From an uncultured virus (IMG/VR IMGVR_UViG_3300020196_000017) (taxonomy: Duplodnaviria; Heunggongvirae; Uroviricota; Caudoviricetes): a DNA stretch of 20,499 bases. The stretch's first letter is position 1. Each line of letters begins with the position of its first letter. The position numbers and the translations under genes were made by a program. This document shows positions 14,903 to 20,499 of the stretch, in pieces. Where the stretch lies: the IMG/VR virus record IMGVR_UViG_3300020196_000017; one strand, given 5' to 3'. The notes below the pieces were generated by a model, which had not been told where the DNA came from, did not search any database, and was given only the letters and a program-made list of their open reading frames with translations.

Positions 14903-15165
14903 TCTTTAGTTTCGGTAGGGAACTGGGGATTAGCAATGTCATCTTGTTCAATAGCAACGTTGTTGAAGATGAACATATCTTGTACTAATCCCCTGATTAC
15001 TCCCTGACGATTAGTGGCGATCTGCGCAAGCAAGGTCGCCATTTCTTTTAAAGCACTTACAGAGTTACATTCTTCAATGGATCTCTTAATCTTTTCCAGC
15101 CAAAACTTATCATCTAAGGTTGGTTCAATTTGGAACTGGTTAAGAGGTGCATATTTAATTTCCAT
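14899..15165 (-). CDS. nblA: NblA-like phycobilisome degradation adaptor candidate
   Basis: PTLDDKFWLEKIKRSIEECNSVSALKEMATLLAQIATNRQGVIRGLV parallels the NblA helix-loop-helix pattern (LxLEQxFxL..helix2). Confidence 0.5.
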   Translation of the reverse strand: MEIKYAPLNQFQIEPTLDDKFWLEKIKRSIEECNSVSALKEMATLLAQIATNRQGVIRGLVQDMFIFNNVAIEQDDIANPQFPTETKD

Positions 15166-15227
15166 GGGAACTCCAGGGGATAGCTAATTCTAATCCCACA
15201 TAAAAACTTAAATTTTAACTTTATGTT

Positions 15228-15241
15228 GTATTAAGAATTAC
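15228..15241. promoter_or_regulatory. NtcA-like box in the divergent region upstream of the nblA-like gene
   Basis: tGTA-TTAAGAAT-TAC. Confidence 0.35.
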
Positions 15242-15242
15242 C

Positions 15243-15374
15243 ATGATTATGCCATTGCCTATTGCATCGCTTGGGATCTCAGTTGTCTTAATTGTTTTTG
15301 GTCTTAGACGCTTGTCCAAACCAAAAGTTTCTGCTACACTCGATCCGTCAGAAGAAGACGATCTTTTCATCTGA
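15243..15374 (+). CDS. Small membrane protein, 43 aa (not in ORF track)
   Basis: MIMPLPIASLGISVVLIVFGLRRLSKPKVSATLDPSEEDDLFI. Confidence 0.5.
   Translation: MIMPLPIASLGISVVLIVFGLRRLSKPKVSATLDPSEEDDLFI
15312..15340 (+). promoter_or_regulatory. Sigma70-type promoter candidate with extended -10
   Basis: TTGTCC-17 nt-TACACT with TGn extension. Confidence 0.45.
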
Positions 15375-15392
15375 CTTAATTCAACACAACCC

Positions 15393-16460
15393 ATGGCTAC
15401 TCAACTCAACACACAATTAAATACTGCGCAACAATCTATTTATTCCCGTACTAACATTCATCGTGCGTTCCAGGATTTTGATGATTCGGATGTCGCCGCA
15501 ATTAATTTGCGAGCTGATACTTGCATCGTGGTGTATCGCGATGGCGCTGAGCGTTGCTATCCCACGCAACCAATTAAAGATGCCTTTGTCTCCTACACCC
15601 ACCGTCTCAAAGATTTCTTCTCATACTTAGGACCTAACTATCGTGGCCCTTCCATTTGGCACAACAACAGCTACATCCTCTTTAAGGGCTGGGCATATCA
15701 ACATGCTCTTGGGCGTCTTTCGTCCAACGCACAGTTGCAGGCTGCCTGGGCAGACCGATTTATCCACCTTACTGATGAAGAAAAACTTAAAGCTTTACTT
15801 CAGTCGGACCAAACTGACCTTGGGTATCTCGTTGCTCCTGACGGCTTCCGTTACATTGAATCGCCTGAGCTTGGGTCTCAGTTTGACGAATCGGATACTG
15901 ATGATGAAGATGTTGAAACTGGAAAGGAAGCTGCGCCGGCACCTCAGCCATATTGCTCATGCGGTTCCTTCCAAAGGCAACTGAATAACTTAGCTGACTT
16001 CCAGGGGGAGATCGCTGGTTATCAGCCATGGTGTATTCATCTGACTTGGTTCAAGAAGTACAGAGAGTTGCTTTGTGAACGGGCACGGGTGCGCTCTGAA
16101 TCCCGTGGGCAGGCTCCTGATAAATGCGTGGCTTGGTGGTACGCACCGCCGTCTGACCACACCAGTGATGGACGTTTTGTGTTGTTACACACCAAATCTG
16201 GTGCACAGGCTCCGCTGACGCACTGGCGGCCCTACAAACCAAAGGAAGTGTTCACACAGAACCATGCCTGGGAACTGTTCTTCAATATGATGGCGGCAGG
16301 GTACGTGCCATTTCCCGGTACCTCACTACCTCAACTCTCATCAATCACAAAGAAAAATGGGCCAAAACTTGAATCACGATCTGGAATTGCAAATATGGAT
16401 GGAGAAGTATCAAGAGAAAAGGAGGAGGCCTATACTGCAGCAGATCACCACAAACGGTGA
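15393..16460 (+). CDS. SWIM zinc-finger-containing protein
   Basis: YCSCGSF...WCIHL = CxCx(n)CxH. Confidence 0.7.
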   Translation: MATQLNTQLNTAQQSIYSRTNIHRAFQDFDDSDVAAINLRADTCIVVYRDGAERCYPTQPIKDAFVSYTHRLKDFFSYLGPNYRGPSIWHNNSYILFKGWAYQHALGRLSSNAQLQAAWADRFIHLTDEEKLKALLQSDQTDLGYLVAPDGFRYIESPELGSQFDESDTDDEDVETGKEAAPAPQPYCSCGSFQRQLNNLADFQGEIAGYQPWCIHLTWFKKYRELLCERARVRSESRGQAPDKCVAWWYAPPSDHTSDGRFVLLHTKSGAQAPLTHWRPYKPKEVFTQNHAWELFFNMMAAGYVPFPGTSLPQLSSITKKNGPKLESRSGIANMDGEVSREKEEAYTAADHHKR

Positions 16461-16545
16461 GCTTGACTTAACTAAACTGACTGACTACCTACGCAATCTC
16501 GAAGATGACATCGACGGAATCCTCGACAGAATACAATGTGATTGA
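16357..16545 (+). CDS. Hypothetical protein
   Basis: 62-aa ORF overlapping the tail of 15393..16460. Confidence 0.5.
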   Translation: MGQNLNHDLELQIWMEKYQEKRRRPILQQITTNGELDLTKLTDYLRNLEDDIDGILDRIQCD

Positions 16546-16732
16546 TCCAGCATCCTGGGTTTATAAACTAAATCTGGAATGTGTGGATGAAGAAGATGGA
16601 TCTATGACCATTCATATTGAATGGAATGAATTAGATCCAGATCTTGCTTACTGGACTTCACTTGGTTCAGAAGGTCAAGAAGAGTTTATTATGACTGCAT
16701 TACGCAATGCTTTGGAGCAGTATGGCGCTTGA
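16505..16732 (+). CDS. Acidic hypothetical protein
   Basis: 75-aa ORF in the gene chain. Confidence 0.65.
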   Translation: MTSTESSTEYNVIDPASWVYKLNLECVDEEDGSMTIHIEWNELDPDLAYWTSLGSEGQEEFIMTALRNALEQYGA

Positions 16733-17105
16733 CACCTATGGTCTTTCTAACGATCAATACAAAAAAATCTTTTTACAAAAAGCTGAGTTTACTATTGCTC
16801 TTTTAACGGCACTCAAAGTCAAAGCTGAGGCCCAGGGTCATAGGCTTGACAATTACACCGACAAATTTATCTGGGATCTGTTCCAGGAGGTTGCATACGC
16901 TTCTGATGAAGAAGCTCGTGTGTACCAAAAGGAACATGACCCTGAGTCGGTCAAGAAGCACAGCTTTGACTATGGCGTTATTGCTACCAGGGAAGAACTG
17001 ATGGGAGAAATTCAATCTGTCTCTGCCAAAGTTGAAGCACTTGCTGATTATGTTGGCCAGTTGACTGAGAGCATTAAGGAGGGCTTGACAGAGCAGGTAG
17101 ACTGA
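16722..17105 (+). CDS. Hypothetical protein with coiled-coil C-terminus
   Basis: ATG 16722 overlaps upstream gene end. Confidence 0.7.
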   Translation: MALDTYGLSNDQYKKIFLQKAEFTIALLTALKVKAEAQGHRLDNYTDKFIWDLFQEVAYASDEEARVYQKEHDPESVKKHSFDYGVIATREELMGEIQSVSAKVEALADYVGQLTESIKEGLTEQVD

Positions 17106-17112
17106 TCGTCCT

Positions 17113-17141
17113 ACGTCCTGAGCAAGACGTTAAACTGCTTA
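17113..17141 (+). ncRNA. Motif A copy 6
   Basis: ACGTC CT GAGCA A GACGT TAAAC TGCTT A; 24 nt upstream of ATG 17166. Confidence 0.75.
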
Positions 17142-17165
17142 ACAATTCACTTCACATTTATTCAC

Positions 17166-17288
17166 ATGTTTGAGTTTTTTGCTTCTGTCGTTGCACCAAA
17201 ACTTACCGAATTATTGACCGAACTTGTGTGGACAGCATGCGCAGCAATGCTGGCCTACGCAGTAAACAAAGCATGGAAAATGGTTTAA
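17166..17288 (+). CDS. Small hydrophobic protein, 40 aa (not in ORF track)
   Basis: MFEFFASVVAPKLTELLTELVWTACAAMLAYAVNKAWKMV. Confidence 0.6.
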   Translation: MFEFFASVVAPKLTELLTELVWTACAAMLAYAVNKAWKMV

Positions 17289-17321
17289 CTCAAATTAATT
17301 CAACTCAACACATTACTATCA

Positions 17322-18041
17322 ATGACACAAGTAACTCAAACAAAACTGAATAAACTAAATGTCTTGCAACTGTATGATCACTATGGTGCCCTGGAGCGCT
17401 CTCTTCCTTTGCTCACTCCTGAATCCCAGGACTTGGCAAAAGCTGAGTTGGAGCAATGCTTGGCACTGCGCTCAGAAAAAATTGATCGGATTTACTACGC
17501 ATGGGCGCATCATGAAGATGCAATAGAACGTGCAAAAGCTGAGCAAGAGCTGTTGGCTACTGCCAGGAAACACCATGAGTCTCAGGTGACTCAGATCAAA
17601 GGATTGATCAATTGGTTGCGGCGTTCTGCTCCGCTGGATTCAAACAAGATTACGGGTAAAGATTATGAATTTACCTTAAGTAAAAAGAAAAATCTATCGG
17701 TCACTATCTCTTCCAAGATTGAAGAATGGGATGAGGAGTACCAGCAAAAGTTCTGTTTGCTGCAAACGACAACCACAACGAAACATAATGTGGTAACTTC
17801 TATGAATGGTGATGTGGTTGAAGAAACTACAACACCTACAACGAAGACAGAACTAATTCCTAATCTAGATGCCCTCCTCAACGCTTACCAAAACGGACAA
17901 AAAATTCCCCATGGCGTCAAAATCCAACAAGACTACAACATTCGACGAGCAAGAATCCTTGTCAAACGCCAAGTGGGAACACTTTCATCCACATATCCAG
18001 CAGAGTTTCTATCAGAATTTGAGGCCGCCGACCAGCCTTGA
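17322..18041 (+). CDS. Siphovirus Gp157-like protein
   Basis: EKID.I........IE.AK.E...L...RK......IK.L, KITG....FTL, P+LDAL..A...G.KIP.GV.I pattern. Confidence 0.7.
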   Translation: MTQVTQTKLNKLNVLQLYDHYGALERSLPLLTPESQDLAKAELEQCLALRSEKIDRIYYAWAHHEDAIERAKAEQELLATARKHHESQVTQIKGLINWLRRSAPLDSNKITGKDYEFTLSKKKNLSVTISSKIEEWDEEYQQKFCLLQTTTTTKHNVVTSMNGDVVEETTTPTTKTELIPNLDALLNAYQNGQKIPHGVKIQQDYNIRRARILVKRQVGTLSSTYPAEFLSEFEAADQP

Positions 18042-18276
18042 TGACGCACACATTCGTTGCCGTTGTCACGAACAAGCGATTGAGGACTTCCAGTTGCAGA
18101 TCGAAATGATAGATCTCGAGCTGGCAATGCTTTCAGACGATGGGGATGTACTGCCCTATAACGAAAGCAAAGCTCAAGAGCTGGAAGAAAAAAAGCTCAA
18201 GCTGTTAAGCGGTAAACGGTTCCAAATTAATGCACGTAATTGTTATTGGTATTACCTCATGAAAGAAAAAAGTTAA
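17869..18276 (+). CDS. Hypothetical coiled-coil protein (start uncertain)
   Basis: Only + ORF covering 18042-18276; overlaps tail of the Gp157-like gene. Confidence 0.6.
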   Translation: MPSSTLTKTDKKFPMASKSNKTTTFDEQESLSNAKWEHFHPHIQQSFYQNLRPPTSLDDAHIRCRCHEQAIEDFQLQIEMIDLELAMLSDDGDVLPYNESKAQELEEKKLKLLSGKRFQINARNCYWYYLMKEKS

Positions 18277-18308
18277 ACCATGTAAACTGAAGGAAACACA
18301 AGGGTTCC

Positions 18309-18572
18309 ATGACGGAAGACAACCAGTTAATTAACTTGATTGCTGGTTTTACCAGTGGTGGAACCCCTTTACAGGCTACGGTCGGCAGTAAGTCAGAATG
18401 GATGGTAACCATTTTGACGGCAGCAATGCTTGCAAATGAAAATCTTGCCTCATCAATGGACGCAACTGAGATGGTTGATGCAGCAATTAACTATATGAAC
18501 ATTATCCAAGAACGTCTTGCGTATTACGAAAATGCCAAGATGCATTCATTAGAGCGCTTGCTGGATCGTTAG
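18309..18572 (+). CDS. Hypothetical protein
   Basis: 87-aa ORF. Confidence 0.75.
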   Translation: MTEDNQLINLIAGFTSGGTPLQATVGSKSEWMVTILTAAMLANENLASSMDATEMVDAAINYMNIIQERLAYYENAKMHSLERLLDR

Positions 18573-18640
18573 ATTTTTTTAACTACTGATTGCGCAGCTT
18601 CTTACAGATATTGCTAAGGTAATTACGTTCTTCACCTCCA

Positions 18641-18841
18641 GTGATGGAAACGATTGCTTCTCCAACCGTAACGGTTACCTTCTCGATTGACCTTGAACTT
18701 GCATACGATCCTTTCAAGGGCAAATCAAAACAAGAGTTTGCAGCTCTCGTAGAAGATGACCTGTATGACGCACTAATGGATCTCAGGCCCGAGGTTCAAT
18801 CTGTATATACTTCCATTGTTTCCATTGAAGGAGACAACTGA
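18641..18841 (+). CDS. Hypothetical protein
   Basis: 66-aa ORF (GTG 18641 or ATG 18644), TGATG coupling to next. Confidence 0.7.
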   Translation: MMETIASPTVTVTFSIDLELAYDPFKGKSKQEFAALVEDDLYDALMDLRPEVQSVYTSIVSIEGDN

Positions 18842-19101
18842 TGTCTGATTACCAGGAAATCCTTAACAATTGGAGTGTGACCAAAGAGCAGCAGAAAGCT
18901 GACTTCATGGAGCACATGTACTATTGCTCAGGCCGTCAGGATCCTTCTCATCCAATGCACAGCTTGTACACAGGTTTGTGGCAAGACTTTTGCATTAAGG
19001 AAGCAGGGCCTAAATGTCGGGATGAATTCTTTGAGCGTCTCCAATTCATAAAAGATTTGGAAGAAGGAAAAATTAAAGCGGAACCTGTATTCCTTTCTTA
19101 A
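18841..19101 (+). CDS. Hypothetical protein
   Basis: 86-aa coupled ORF with FMEHMY..SGR....H..YTGLWQ. Confidence 0.75.
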   Translation: MSDYQEILNNWSVTKEQQKADFMEHMYYCSGRQDPSHPMHSLYTGLWQDFCIKEAGPKCRDEFFERLQFIKDLEEGKIKAEPVFLS

Positions 19102-19120
19102 GTTTTTCACCTATTCTTAA

Positions 19121-19150
19121 AGCGTCCCGTAAGGGGCGCTATTTACTTTT
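19121..19150 (+). terminator. Intrinsic terminator candidate
   Basis: AGCGTCCC-GTAA-GGGGCGCT (GNRA loop) followed by ATTTACTTTT. Confidence 0.6.
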
Positions 19151-19157
19151 AGTACTT

Positions 19158-19520
19158 ATGACCAAAGAAAACAAAGAACCAATCGATGCAATCAAAGATT
19201 GGCAAAAGAAATTTCGCATGGTTTCTGAAGTGAATGCTCCAGGAGAAACCAAAGATTCGCGTGAAAACCTGCATGATACTAGTAAGGTTTTTATTTCTAT
19301 GACGGAAGCTGAGTTAAAAGCTCAAGCAGAAAAAAGAACGTTTGAAGGTTTTGCAGATGTAATCTGTGAAGGACTCTGTGAAATGTCCAGCGCTGATGTT
19401 TATGTACTATTTCTTAAAGCACTAGAAGATAATTTGGAATACACCAAGAAGGAATACTTGAAATCTTTAGAGCTGTATCAACTTGCTACAGGCAAATCCA
19501 CCAGGAAGAACAATGGCTAA
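19158..19520 (+). CDS. Hypothetical protein
   Basis: 120-aa ORF. Confidence 0.7.
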   Translation: MTKENKEPIDAIKDWQKKFRMVSEVNAPGETKDSRENLHDTSKVFISMTEAELKAQAEKRTFEGFADVICEGLCEMSSADVYVLFLKALEDNLEYTKKEYLKSLELYQLATGKSTRKNNG

Positions 19521-19737
19521 GACTAAAGTACAGTACCCTGATTGGATTTGTGATGAATGTGGAATGCGTTACGGCAGGTGGTACCAGCCTGGTGTTGTTC
19601 ATTCAGAAAATCACTATGCCACCTATCACTTAGGTGAATGTGAATGTTGCAATAACACTGAGGTCCTTGTGACTGAACCCAGGGACTACGGCCATTTAAT
19701 CAATGGTTGGGAGCTAGCTCGCGCCCAGTTGAAATAA
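19513..19737 (+). CDS. Small zinc-binding phage protein
   Basis: WICDECG...ATYHLGECECC...VTEPRDYGHL, two CxxC. Confidence 0.75.
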   Translation: MAKTKVQYPDWICDECGMRYGRWYQPGVVHSENHYATYHLGECECCNNTEVLVTEPRDYGHLINGWELARAQLK

Positions 19738-19836
19738 AACTTTGGCCGCAGTACCACAATTTGTTTTTTAGTGTCATTATAAAACAATAAAGTAAAAGAA
19801 AACGAATGAGATAATAAAAGAAAGTGTTTTAAAGCA

Positions 19837-19959
19837 ATGGTTTTATATCGAGATCCTAACTGGAAAAGCAACTTATATGAAGTAGTTAAAGTCCAGACGT
19901 GCAGTGGCGCAGGTGCTGATGTTGTAGCAGCACTTAATTGGGAAGAAGTTGTTTCTTGA
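19837..19959 (+). CDS. 40-aa ORF, possibly a gene remnant
   Basis: MVLYRDPNWKSNLYEVVKVQTCSGAGADVVAALNWEEVVS. Confidence 0.4.
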   Translation: MVLYRDPNWKSNLYEVVKVQTCSGAGADVVAALNWEEVVS

Positions 19960-19985
19960 TAAACTAGAACTATTGCGAAATCTTT

Positions 19986-20499
19986 ATGTATACCCCCGGT
20001 CCTCAAACGCTTCAGCAGCTGCAACCCCCCCCGGTTCAAGAGGTTCCTCAAGTGCAAGACAAACCCAAGGCCCCTGGTAAATCTAAAGGTACTGATGTGG
20101 GCGCATTCATCCAGCAGTGCATTTCTCTTTGTGCATACATCAAAGAACTTGAGACTCAAAGCCACCTCATCCATTTGAATTATGAGGGGGCGAACTTCCT
20201 TGGGGTGCATGCATTCCTTAAAGACCAATACGAGGCTCATCTTGAACAGTTTGATGCGCTTGCAGAGTTCATCCGTTCCATGGATTACCTGATGCCCATG
20301 TGTGCCACGGGGTTGGGTGATGCGAGCCCTGGTATCCAACACGTTAAAAGTTACAAGGGAACTGAGCAGCTCGCTGTTTATTACAAGAACTTAGAAGAGC
20401 TAGGCATGAAGTGCAAAAAGCTTGAACCCATTGCGCAAAAAGTTGGTGCTATTGATATTGCTAATTTTCTTGCTGACCTTACTGGTCAAGCTTTTAAAA
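19986..20499 (+). CDS. dps: Dps/ferritin-like protein (runs off window end; not in ORF track)
   Basis: HLIHLNYEGANFLGVHAFLKDQYEAHLEQFDALAEFIR matches Dps HWNxxGxxFxxLH...Y......DxLAER; P/Q/K-rich N-terminal tail. Confidence 0.85.
   Translation, partial: MYTPGPQTLQQLQPPPVQEVPQVQDKPKAPGKSKGTDVGAFIQQCISLCAYIKELETQSHLIHLNYEGANFLGVHAFLKDQYEAHLEQFDALAEFIRSMDYLMPMCATGLGDASPGIQHVKSYKGTEQLAVYYKNLEELGMKCKKLEPIAQKVGAIDIANFLADLTGQAFK

Noticed and set aside
1306..17141. CRISPR array made of motif A or B repeats
   Set aside because: Copies are hundreds to thousands of bases apart, separated by genes, and covary rather than being identical
20025..20032. Frameshift in dps at the C run
   Set aside because: With 8 C the ATG at 19986 is in frame with the Dps domain
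19686..20342. 218-aa minus-strand ORF
   Set aside because: Antisense shadow of the Dps-like gene; no recognisable motifs

Overview
This window is the early/replication arm of a tailed dsDNA phage, very likely a cyanophage of picocyanobacteria. The host call rests on NblA-like, DUF4278-like and DUF5895-like genes and NtcA-like boxes. Nearly all genes are on the + strand. They include many small hypotheticals, a PcfJ-domain protein, tRNA-Leu(UAA), thyX, a GP88-like protein, a T7-type family A DNA polymerase, a double-OB-fold SSB, a SWIM protein, a Gp157-like protein and a Dps-like protein cut by the window end. The most striking signal is non-coding. A compact H-type RNA pseudoknot (motif A, consensus NGUC-YY-RRGYA-N-GACR-UUAAAC-UGYY) occurs six times in 5' leaders with compensatory changes in both stems, and one copy carries a 68-nt structured insertion. 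A second covarying hairpin/internal-loop motif (motif B, GG-CRK...YGUAAGY-CC) occurs 3-4 times at gene junctions, once abutting the tRNA 5' end. There is also a ~180-nt multi-hairpin ncRNA candidate. The two convincing counter-oriented genes are both nitrogen/photosynthesis host-takeover candidates, each with an upstream GTA-N8-TAC box. All family calls are from motif recognition by eye; no database search was run.
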